A DNA stretch of 64,000 nucleotides from an uncultured Planctomycetota bacterium (GTDB taxonomy: Bacteria > Planctomycetota > Planctomycetia > Isosphaerales > Isosphaeraceae). The notes under the pieces are model-generated. The model ran no database searches. It saw nothing but the letters and a program-made list of their open reading frames with translations, and was not told the origin of the DNA. The DNA lies in the NCBI GenBank assembly GCA_963823665.1, contig CAWGMQ010000005.1, positions 1,184,001-1,248,000 of the forward strand, given 5' to 3'. The position numbers were made by a program, and so were the translations under genes. Each line of letters begins with the position of its first letter. Position 1 is the first letter of the stretch. Positions 1 through 10,143 of the stretch are shown here, in pieces.

Positions 1-574
1 AGTCTCGAACGCGCCGTCGACATCGGGCGCGTCGAACGCCAGGTAGCGGACCTGCTTCCACAGGTCGGTCTTGTCCTGCCGGCGGACAATCCCCACCGTG
101 CGCTGAAAGGCCTTGCGACCGATCCACAACTCGCCGTCGAGGGGGATCTCGGGCAGGCCCTCGAGGAACCAGTCGGGCGCGTGAAAGCGATTGCCCAGCC
201 GGGAAATCAGTGACTTGCCGTCCCAGTAAGCTCGAACGCCGTCGAGCTTCTCGCTCAGCCACCAGCCGGCGAGGTCCTGGGCGTTGTCCCAGCGCTCGGC
301 CAGGAGCAAGGGAGGGCCCGTCTTCTCCTCGCTCGCCCCCTCCTCCTCACCTCGGTCCGGCCACCGGCGGAGCGTCGAGCCCGATGCGCACCTCCTCCGC
401 CGCGTCGCCGCGCAGTTTCCGCAGGTGCTTGCACGTCCGACGCTCGATCGCGATCGACTGGTTCCGCCACGCCGGGCAAGTGCACGAGTAGACCCCGCCC
501 ACGTTCTTCAGAACGTAGGGCTTCGCCCCCGAGCCCTTCATCTCCACCGATTCACCGTCATTCAGGTCGGCCAT
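1..574 (-). CDS. ATP-dependent DNA ligase with N-terminal SWIM-like Zn finger; frameshift near 350-365; 3' end runs off the window
   Basis: ORF 347..574 has YSCTCPAWRNQ...CKHL. A second frame read by hand continues PLLLAERWDNAQDLAGWWLSEKLDGVRAYWDG...LDGELWIGR...YLAFDAP (ligase motif I KxDGxR and motifs III/IIIa). Confidence 0.88.
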
Positions 575-616
575 GGGTTCGTCTCCCCGCTTCGCGCAAA
601 ACCCTCCTCTATCCTA
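513..616 (-). repeat. Copy A of a ~104-bp diverged direct repeat (ligase upstream region plus first ~21 codons)
   Basis: Aligns by eye to 9696..9798 with one gap and scattered substitutions (MADLNDGESVEMKGSGAKPYVL vs MADLNDGESLEMNGSGAKPYVL). Confidence 0.9.
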
Positions 617-711
617 CTCTCGGCGGTTCATCCCTTGCACCAGTCTGCTGCCATGTCTGAAGATGTTTCATCAGTAGCGCACTTAACAGAAGCCCGTCAA
701 GGAAATCCACG

Positions 712-1362
712 ATGACCGTGATGCCGTCGGATATCTACACCGAGCCCCAGGCCGACATTGACACACTGCGAAACCTGGGACCGCTCAGACCCATGGCCGG
801 GCTCTGGGTGGGCGAACACGGAGTGGACGTGCACCCCACCGCAGAAGGCCCAGCCGAGCAGCGCTTCATCGAGCGATACGAGTTGCAGCCCATCGACCTG
901 CAAACGAATGGACCGCAGCTCTTCTACGGCTTGCGCTACCACACCCACATCACCAAGCCGGGCGAGGTGGCTATGTTTCACGAGCAAGTCGGATTCTGGC
1001 TCTGGGAGCCAGCCACCGGCACTGTGCTGCTCACGATTGCCATCCCGCGCGGACAGATCGCGATGGCGAGTGGTCAGGCCTCGACCGATTCGCGTCGCTT
1101 CACGCTCAAAGCGGAACGCGGCTCTGAGACCAACGGCATCGTCTCCAATCCCTTCCTGGAGTACGCCTTCAAAACCACGAGTTTCGAGATCACGGTGACC
1201 ATCAACGACGACGGCACATGGTCTTACGATCAGACCACTACTCTGTCCGTCCACGGCCAGGCCGAACCTTTCCTGCACACCGATCGCAACACCTTGATCA
1301 AGTTCGGGAATCCCAAGCCAAACCCGCTCGCCGAGGAACTGACGCGGCCCAAGGCGATTTGA
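712..1362 (+). CDS. FABP-like/nitrobindin (DUF1794, THAP4-like) heme-binding beta-barrel protein
   Basis: LGPLRPMAGLWVG, QTNGPQLFYGLRY, FHEQVGFWLWEP, IAIPRG and FLHTDRNTL motifs; AAGGA RBS before the ATG. Confidence 0.85.
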   Translation: MTVMPSDIYTEPQADIDTLRNLGPLRPMAGLWVGEHGVDVHPTAEGPAEQRFIERYELQPIDLQTNGPQLFYGLRYHTHITKPGEVAMFHEQVGFWLWEPATGTVLLTIAIPRGQIAMASGQASTDSRRFTLKAERGSETNGIVSNPFLEYAFKTTSFEITVTINDDGTWSYDQTTTLSVHGQAEPFLHTDRNTLIKFGNPKPNPLAEELTRPKAI

Positions 1363-1421
1363 TCGGGGGACAGCATGATCGGGAGACAGCATGCCGAACT
1401 CCAGGCCGATCTACAGAGAGC

Positions 1422-4400
1422 TCAGGGGACCACAGTCTCGATGTCGGTCGCCTTCTTGTTCACCACCAGGTCCCGGGAGTGGACGATGAACCACGTCTGG
1501 CCCGTGCCCGAGGCGAGCGTGTTGGCCTGCGCGTCCTCGGTGATGGTGGAGGCGGTCAGGACATACGAGCCATTCAGGCCGCCGCCGGATGTCAGGTCCA
1601 AAACGCGCTGGGTGAAGCCGATGTCGGTCCGGTCCCATTCGGCCACGATGGCTTCGAGGGCTGCGTCGTTGAGGTCGTAGGTCGTACCCCCGCCGATCAG
1701 CAGGCGGTCGCTGGAGCCGCCGGTGATCTGTGCCGCGCCGCCACCGCCGATCAGCAGGCAATGGCCCGAGCTCGGGCCGGTCAGCGTGTTGGGCCCGGTG
1801 CTGCCTATGACCCCCTGGATGTTCGTCACCCCTTCGCAACGCCCGTCGCCGCGCCGGTGGCGAGGTTCACGGTGACGCCGGTGGTCTCGCGTGCGTAGTT
1901 CAAGAGGTTAGGGCCGGTGCCTCCCGCAATCGAGCCGGAGAGCGAGCCGCCTGGGAAGAAGTCAAAACTGTTGGCCGCGGAGCCGCCGGCCAGGCTGGCG
2001 AACCCCGTGAAGTTCACCCAGCCGCCAAGCGAGCCGGCGTTCGCCCCGGTCAGGTTCCAGGACGTAGCGACCGCCGGGCCGTCGAGCGTGTTAGCCCAGG
2101 TCCCGCCTTCGATCGTCACCGGGTCCGGCCCGGGCGCGCCGGAGACATACACCGGTGTGCCGTGGTTGTCGGTGTCGAACGTCACCCCGCCTCTCATGTT
2201 CGCGTAATTGACAGAGCGGGTGGTCACTGTGACAGTAAGGCCGCTGAGGTAATAACTAGACCGGGCGACGGACTGGCCCGTCACCGTGTACGTGTACCAC
2301 TCCGCCCAGCCGAGTCCGGATGTCACCTCCGACGGGTTGAGTGAATCGTTGACGGTCAGGCTGTCGGTACCCGTCCCGCCGTTGACCGTCAGGTTGCTGG
2401 CGAGCCCGCCCAGGTTCTCCGCTACGGCCGTGACGCTGACGGCCGTGTTGCCCGAGCCGACGTTCACCGTCGTCGCCGCGGAGGTCCCCTCGACGTCGAC
2501 CGGTGTGCCGTGGTTATCGGTGTCGAGAGTGACCCCGCCGTTCATGTTCGCGTAGTTGATGTAGAAGGTAAACCGCATCAGCAGGAAGCGGCTGCTGACA
2601 TAAGTCGTCCGCTCGAGGGACTGGCCCGATACCGTGTACGAGTACGAGGTCGACGTGCCAGCTCCGGACATGGGCACCAGCGGGTTCAACGAATCGTTGA
2701 CCGTCAGGCTGTCGGTCCCACTCCCGCCGTTGATGGTCAGGTAGCCTGCCAGCAAGCCCAGGTTCTTGCCTGTGGGTGTAACGCTGACGGCCGTGTTGCC
2801 CGTGCCGACGTCCACCGTAATCGGAGCGGAGGCACTCTCGACGTCGACCGGAGTTCCGTTGTTGTCGGTGTTGAGGGTCACGCCCCCGATAAAGCCCTGA
2901 TAGGAGATGAAGGCGGCGTAGGGCGAGACGGGGAGAGTGCGATCGATCAGTCCCGAATACACCAGGTAGGGCGTCGCCGACGCATATGGGTCCTTCTGGT
3001 CGTTGACGACCAGGCTGTCGGTGCCCGACCCGCCGTTGAGCGTCAGCGCGGAGCCGAGCGCAGCGAGCGACTGGCCGGCCGCGGCGACGGTCACCGTCGT
3101 GTTGCCGGTGCCGAGATTGACCGTGGTCGGTATCGAGGCGAGTGTCCCTTCGACGTCGACCGGTGTGCCGACGCTGTCAGTGTCGAGGAACGCGCCGCCC
3201 GAAAGGCTCGTGTAGGTGATGGTGTCTCCCAGGTGGTGAGTCGTGGTTCCGATCTGGATGTTATAGGTCCGCGCGATCGAGCCCACCCCCGGAGAGTCGC
3301 TCACGGTGTACTGGTTCGCTGTCTCATTCGTCAACGTGTGCGCCCTGTCGTTGACGGTCAGAGAGTCAGCGCCCGAGCCGCCGTAGATGGCGATATCGGG
3401 GATGAGGTCGTCCATGTTCTCGGAGTAGGGCGCGGCCGAGAGGGTGTCATTGCCGGTGCCGGCGAAGTAATCGATCGCCTCGAACGCCCCCGAGTAGAAG
3501 ACATAGGTCGAGGTAGTCTCCAGGACGTAACCGTCCTCGATCGTGACATTCTCCGAGGCGGAGTTGGCCTGGTCATCGAAGCTCAACGTGTTGTACGGGC
3601 CGATAGCAGTGACATCGACCATCCTCTGGATCAGGCTGAGGTTGTGGGCGACCGAGGAGAAGTTGACGTTGTTGCTACCGCCTCCGAGATTGATGTACGT
3701 CGGGCATGGTGTGGAGTTGACGTCAACGGTGGCGTTGGCCGCGCCCTTGTTCATTGTCACGTCGGCCGGGTAGCCGGTGCTGTACTGCACCAGCGTCTGC
3801 CCATCCACGCCGTAAGATGACCCATTGAGGCTCCAGGTATGAAACGTAGTGTCCGCCTGGTCGTCGAGGGTCAAGTAAGTGCGATGGTACGGGTCATTTA
3901 CAGTCACGAGAGAACCCGCGAAGTTGCCGATATTCTCGGCGTCGGCGCTGACGTTGAGGGCGACAATGTTGTTGGCTCCGGAGTTGATCGTCACGCCGGT
4001 GCCGGAGCTCCAGGTGCCATCGAGATTGACCGTCGTGGATTCCGAATTGGCGTTGATGATGATCTTCGAAAGGGCTCCCGCGTTGAACCATACGGTCTGG
4101 CCGTCAAGAGTAGCGGTGATCGCGCCGCTCGCGGTGCTGGTAACCGTGATCGTGTCGTCCGTGTATGCACCGGCTTGGCCCCCGTTGATGGTGAGCGTGG
4201 AGCCGAGTGGTTCGCTGAATTGGTGGAGGGTGCCACCGCTCACCGTGAACTCGAAGGAGTTCCCGTCAGGGACGATGTAAGCCTGGTCCTGCTGCGACCA
4301 GTACGGCTGCACGAGCGTCCCCCCCGGCCCACCGAGATCGTAACCCCAGTCTCGCGCCTCGTGGTCACAGATCTGGTCGTTCGTGGCACCATCGTAATAG

Positions 4401-5143
4401 GGGTCGTTCGCCTCGGTTGCACCCTGGGTCACTGTGATCCCTGTAGGATCTTCCGGGTCGGTCAGGTTCTCGACCAGTTCGTGTCCGAGGGTCGTCGAAA
4501 ACTCGCCCAACGACTGGCTGGAGCACCAGACCTCGGGCACGAAGTAGGTGTACGGCCCCAGTAGCCCCTCCTGCGTGGTCAGAATCGTGGTGGTGTTCCA
4601 CCCAACGGCGTTACCGCTGACGATGGTCGTCGGCGGTGTAATCACGACATAGACGGGAACGGATGAGCCGTAAGCGGGCGGCAGGCTGACCTGGCCGAGG
4701 GAGACGGCGTTATTCAACATGGTGCTGACGTCACCGGGCAGGGCCTGGCCGGAGACGTTGCCTGAATCGTCCGGCGATGTGATCACCACGGGCTTCGACG
4801 CAAGGCTGACCGTCGGCGTGACGCCGAAGTACTCTGATAGCCCGCTAAAGTAGTTGTGGCTGATCAGGCTTGCGGCAGCGCTGATGTCGTTGGCTTCGGT
4901 AGTGATCCCTGGGGTCGTCTGCCAGTAGGAGCCCCAGAAAATGAGCTGGACGGTGGGATTGGAGATCTCCCAGCCGTGGTTGTTTGTGACCGTCTCGGCT
5001 CCGTACTGAGGTGTGAACAGGATCGTGGGGACCACCCGCTCCTCCAGCAACTCCAAAAGGAACCTGGTTGCGGGCCGCCGGCGCCCTCCGCGTGGAGCAG
5101 GGCGGATGAAGCGTCGGATTGTCGAGGCGGCGAGTGCTTGCAT
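1422..5143 (-). CDS. Large exported/surface protein: LEPR-XLL-type N-terminus, Phi-1/EXORDIUM-like domain, beta-helical GGSGTDSLTVND repeats, RTX-like C-terminus; 1-nt frameshift at about 1830
   Basis: RRRRPATRFLLELLEERVVPT; LIFWGSYW...GHELVENLTDP...DQICD...VQPYWS. One more G in the run at 1829-1832 joins ORF 1826..5239 to ORF 1422..1829 (GVAKG-VTNIQGVIG...LLIGGGTTYDLNDAALEAIVAEW). Confidence 0.8.
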
Positions 5144-5312
5144 CACCAGGTGTCCTTTCGCGCCGGAGTGTTCTTCACAACAGCGTGCGTGTGGGAACGC
5201 TCGGTGACATCGCAGCCACCCGGTTCCCTGCCGCCCCATATATGGAGGACTGCGCAGGGGGGCCGTTTCGACAGGAATTCGGCGAAGATTCCCGAAGTCG
5301 GCCGGGCCGCGC

Positions 5313-8300
5313 TCAGGACGCAGGGGTGAAGACGTCCTCGGGTAGCTCGCCGGCCGAGCGGGCGAGTACGGCTTCGGCCTCGGCGCGGAAGCCGGTCAAA
5401 GCCTCGGCCCAACGCTCATCGAGCGCCTTGTGATCGCCGAGCCAGCGGAGGGCGCGGTCGAAGTGAGTGCGAGCGTCCGCGCGGTGTCCCAGCCGGTGGT
5501 GGGCCATGGCCAGGAAGAAGAGGTCGAAGGCGTCGGTCTGGCCGCGGCCGGCGGCGAGGCTGCGCTCGAGGGTGTCGATGGCCTCGTCGTACCGGCCCGA
5601 CCGGTACAGGGCGACGCCCAGCGTGTTGAGGGACATGGCGTCGCCGGGAACGAGGTCCGCCGCCCGACGACCCAGCGCCACGGCGCGGTCGAGCTCGCGC
5701 CGCGGCTCCGGACCGTTGGCCAGCTCCCAGGCCCGGCCGTTGCAACTTTTGGCCAGCCATTCGCGGACCAGGTACTGGTCGGGATTGAGGGCCAGCGCAG
5801 CCTCGAGGTCGACGATCGCGGGATCGAGTTGGTTCAGGTCCAGGTAGATCACTCCGCGCATGGCCCGATAGTGGGCGTCGCCCCTGCGCAGGCGGATTGC
5901 CTGAGTCCAGTCGTCGATCGCTTCCGAGGAGCGATTCAGCTTGGCCAGGGCGTGAGCGCGATGGTGGTAGGCGTCGGCGTTGTTGGGATCGCTCTGAAGC
6001 CGCGCGGAATAACGCTCGATCAGCGCCGTGGGGAGCTCGGTGAAATGCTCGATGTGCTGGGCCAGCTTGCCGAAATCGACCTGGAGAGGAGGCAGCGGGG
6101 GTGCCGAGGGGTTCGCGGGGGTATCTTCGGAATAAGCCGGAGCGTCCCAGTCGAGGCCTCTACCGGCCAGGTCCTTGCGGATGGCCCGCAGGTCCCACAC
6201 GTGCACGGCCGGAGACGGACGATCCTTGGTGGTCACCACCAGGCGTGATCCGTCGGGGCTGAGCGCTACCGCCGCCACGCTGCACAAGTCGGGACTTTCG
6301 AGCCGTGCGAGCGTGCGGCCGGTATCGAGCTCGACCAGGCGAAGGACCTGGTTCCGGTCCACGGCGACCACCAGACGGCTGTCAGGGGAGAAACAGCCAC
6401 CGACGTCCGTGATCGGCCGCTTCTCGCGCCAGGTGCCGACTTCCCAGAGCCGGCGCTGAGGATTTCCGGCCACCAGCCACTTTCCATCGGGGCTGAAGCT
6501 AACCCCCGTGCCCCCATCAATGGGCAGTTCGGCCACTTTCGTGGCATCCTGGATGCGCCAGACCTGCGCCCCCCGACCGTGAGTGCCGGTCGCCAACCAT
6601 TGCCCGTCCGGGCTTACGGCGACGCTACGGCAATCGTCCAGCGGCCCCACACGGATCGTCCGAAGAGGGGTCGCGACGTAAGCATAATCCGAGTTGGCCT
6701 TGGCCACGATCCGGCTCGACCGGTCCTCGGCAATCGCCCCAAGGCCCGCTGGTAACGTGAGCGGACGCGGTGGGCCGATCTGGAATTTACCACGCTCTCG
6801 GTCGAGGTGAACCGGCCATCGCTGTACGCCGATGTCGCCGCTCGTGAGCAAATCGCCCGACGGCTCGAACATCACTTGCCAGGCGTTGCCGATCGGCAGG
6901 ACGGTGAGCTCGGTGCCACGGGCCAGGTCCCAGAGCACTGCCCCCCGGTTCGACCCCACGGCCAGCACCCGACCGTCGTGGCGGATCGACGGATTTGCGT
7001 AATCCATCGGCTCGTCAGAAGCGTGCGCAGATGTCCGATACGAGAGCGCCGGGTCGACCTGGTGCATGGTCAGTTTGTCGTCGAGCCAAACGAGGATCCG
7101 TCCGTCACGGCTGAATTGGGTGTCGGAGTTCCCGTTCAAGCTCAGCACGGGTTGTCCCAGGATCGCATCCCACAGCCGTAGCCGCCCCTCGAAGCCGTCG
7201 CTGGCCAGCAGCGTGCCGGCGGGGTGGAAGCTCGCAACCAAGCCGCTATTGTCATGACCTTCGAGAGTTGCCCGCCGGGTCCCGCTCGTGGCGTCCCAGA
7301 GGTCGATCTTGAAATCAAAGCTCGGAGTCGCCAGCATCGAGCCGTCCGGGCTCCAGGCGACATCATCTGCGACAGCCTGCAAGGGGAACATCCGGACGAG
7401 ACGGCCGGTCTCCCCCTCCAGAATCCGGCATGGGGGGGGTTTCGGCTCATTGTCGATAACCGCGATTTGCGCCCCGTCGGCACGAAACGCCACGCGACTT
7501 GCATTCCAGGGCCAGCGCCTGTCGGGCCGACCGGTTGCCAGATCGTAAACCAGGAGTTCGCCGTCCTCATGTGCCACGGCGATTCGCCGGCTGTCCGGAC
7601 TGAATCCGGCCCCCCTCCAGATACGGCGCGGGTCCTCCAATGCGATGGCGCGTCGGTCGACGTCCCACACCGTCAGGGCGGAGCCGGGAGAATGCGCGGT
7701 CGCCAGGTAGCGGCCATCGGGGCTGAAGCGGAAGATCCAGCACTCGCTATCGAACTGGGCCTGGAACTTGGCGATCTCCTGGTCGTCGGCGACAAGGCGG
7801 ACCAAGATCGTTCCATCGCGGAACCGCATGGCGTACCGCGTCATGGTCAGATCGAAGGTGATCGAATCCATGCCTGTCGGCCGGCTGATGCTCCATTCGG
7901 TGGGCTTCAGGTCGGGCAGGGCCAGGCAGGCGATCGCCTCGTCGCGGAGCCTATCGAGCCGGTCGCGAGGCAGTCTCAGCTCCCTGGCGATTTGCTGCGC
8001 GCGTTCCAGAGACTTCAGGGCATCGAACCGATGTCCGACTTGCCGGCTGTATCGCGTGGCGCGGGCGCTAGCCAGCAACGCGTCGAAGAGGTTCTTGCGC
8101 GTCTCGGTCTCGCCCTGCTGGATGAGGACGTAATCGCTGCCGATCTGGTCGCGCTGACTGCGGTAGACCCACGCGGCCCAGGTCGAGACGATGGCCAGCG
8201 CCGTCGTCAAGATTGCCGCGGCGATGTTCGCGCCGGCCAGCCACGGGTCGCGCTTGCACCACCGCCAGAACCGCTCGACGAACGACACCGGCCGCGACCG

Positions 8301-9140
8301 GATCGGCCGACCCTCGACAAATCGCCGTAGCTCGTCGGCCAGCTCGCCCGCCGAGCCGAACCGGTCCTTCGGGTCCCTGGCGAGCGCCTTCAGGACGATC
8401 GTCTCAAGGTCGCGCGGGATCTTCCGGTCGAGCCGCCGCGGCGCGGTGGGGGCGTCGTTGCGGATCAGCTCCATCAGCCGGATCTGGTCCGTCTCCTCGA
8501 ACGGCGGCCGCAAGGCCAGCAGCTCGTACAGCGTCGCACCCAGGGAATAGATGTCGCCGCGACGATCCGACGTGCCACGGAACCGCTCGGGCGCCATGTA
8601 GCGGAGCGTGCCCACCAGCTCGCGCGATTGCGAAAGGTCGTCCCCCGCTTCGAGTTTGGCCAGGCCGAAGTCGGTCACCCATACGTTGCCCAGGGCGTCG
8701 AACAGCAGGTTCGAGGGCTTGATGTCGCGGTGCAGAACGCCCCGACGATGGGCGTACTCCATGGCGTCGGCCACCTGGGCGCCCAGCCGCGCGATCTCGC
8801 GAAAGTACTAGTGAAGATCGCATCGGGCTCGAGCCGGCCATGGGCGTGCTCGCCCTCGTCGCGGAGGCGACGGATTTCGGCCAGAACACGGTCCACGGTC
8901 TGACCCTCGATGAACTGCATCGCGTAGTAGCAGACCCCGTCCTGCGCGCCGTAGTCAAAGACGCCGACGATGTTCGTATGGTGCAACCCGGCCGCCAGGC
9001 GGGCCTCGGCGTGGAACCGTCGCAGGTAGTTCGGGTCGGCCCGGAATCGCGGGCGAATGACCTTCAGCGCCACCCGGCTCTTGAGCGACTCATGCTCGGC
9101 TTCGTAAACCACACCCATCCCCCCGCTGCCGATCCGGCCG
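5313..9140 (-). CDS. Ser/Thr protein kinase with WD40 propellers and C-terminal TPRs; N-terminus lost, frame break at about 8810
   Basis: IGSGGMGVVYEA...VALK and YYAMQFIEG in ORF 8675..9187; HRDIKPSN, DFGLAK and GTLRYMAPE in ORF 5313..8774; a TM helix, many FSPDG WD40 repeats and TPRs. Confidence 0.9.
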
Positions 9141-9618
9141 TCGAGTGCCTTCTGGAGCTGTCGCTTCCGCTCGGCGCGGATCGCCACTTCGCTTGCCCGC
9201 GTGTCCCGGCCCAGAAGCTGCGCCGCAAGCGCCCCGAGGTCGCCGCCGGGAACGCCTCGTTGTCGATTGAGACTTCACGCCCGGCGTCCCGCGCCCTGGT
9301 CCCAAGCTGCTGGCGATGCACGAGCTGCAACCGCTGAAGGGTCAGGGACCGCAGCCACAAGAACGGCGGCATCGGATCCGGTTGGCGAACATAGTCGGGC
9401 CGCCGCTCGGTGGCCTCGAGGAACGCTTCCTGGATCACGTCCGAGGGGTCGATCCGGCCGCGCAGCCGCTGATCCAGCCGGATCGCGACCATCCGCCGCA
9501 GCCGATCGCGGTGGGCCGACAGGAACTTACCCCAGTCGGTGCGATCGGTACCAATCGCTGTAATCCGATCCCGATCCACGCCATTCCCAGAATTATCCGT
9601 CCCCTCGTTCGGGTCCAT
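9141..9618 (-). pseudogene. Planctomycete-type ECF sigma-70 factor; region 2 present, region 4 missing, fused to the kinase
   Basis: HRDRLRRMVAIRLDQRLRGRIDPSDVIQEAFLEA...FLWLR...ARDAGREVS. After a 1-nt shift at about 9235 it reads LAAQLLGRDTRASEVAIRAERKRQLQKALD and then goes directly into kinase GRIGSGGMG. Confidence 0.8.
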
Positions 9619-9695
9619 ATTCAACGAGATTGCGCTTGGCCGCCGATTCGTGCCAGGAAAAAATCCGCAAGACCATTTCACCGCAACAGTCAAGG

Positions 9696-9798
9696 ACGTA
9701 GGGCTTCGCCCCCGAACCGTTCATCTCCAGCGATTCACCGTCGTTCAGGTCCGCCATGGGTTCGTCTCCCGCTGTGTCCAAAATCCTCCCTTATCCTA
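9696..9798 (-). repeat. Copy B of the ligase 5'-end repeat (orphan gene fragment)
   Basis: ORF 9593..9781 contains MADLNDGESLEMNGSGAKPYVL and then diverges. Upstream non-coding bases also match about 575..616. Confidence 0.9.
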
Positions 9799-10143
9799 TG
9801 TGTTTCGAGTGAAACGATAAACGGACCGGACACCCCGAAAGCCGTTTCTCGAGGCTCTCGACTACGTGGCCCAAAATCGGCCGCTCATCAAGCAAGAGCG
9901 GGACCACGAGGCGGCGCGACTCCGCGCCGAGGTTTGCTCGGACCAACGCCGGAAGTCATCGACGTAACGGACGTAACTCAGGCCTCAGGCGTTCGCAGAC
10001 GAAATGATCGAACGGATTGAGGTACAGGCGGCCGGCGGTAGCAACTGTGGAAAGTTCCGTGCTCACGAAGAGGCCGGTTTGTGCGGATCGATCCCAAGCA
10101 GAGCAATTGCTGACCGCCGGCCCTTGGACCCCCTGAGCCCAGC

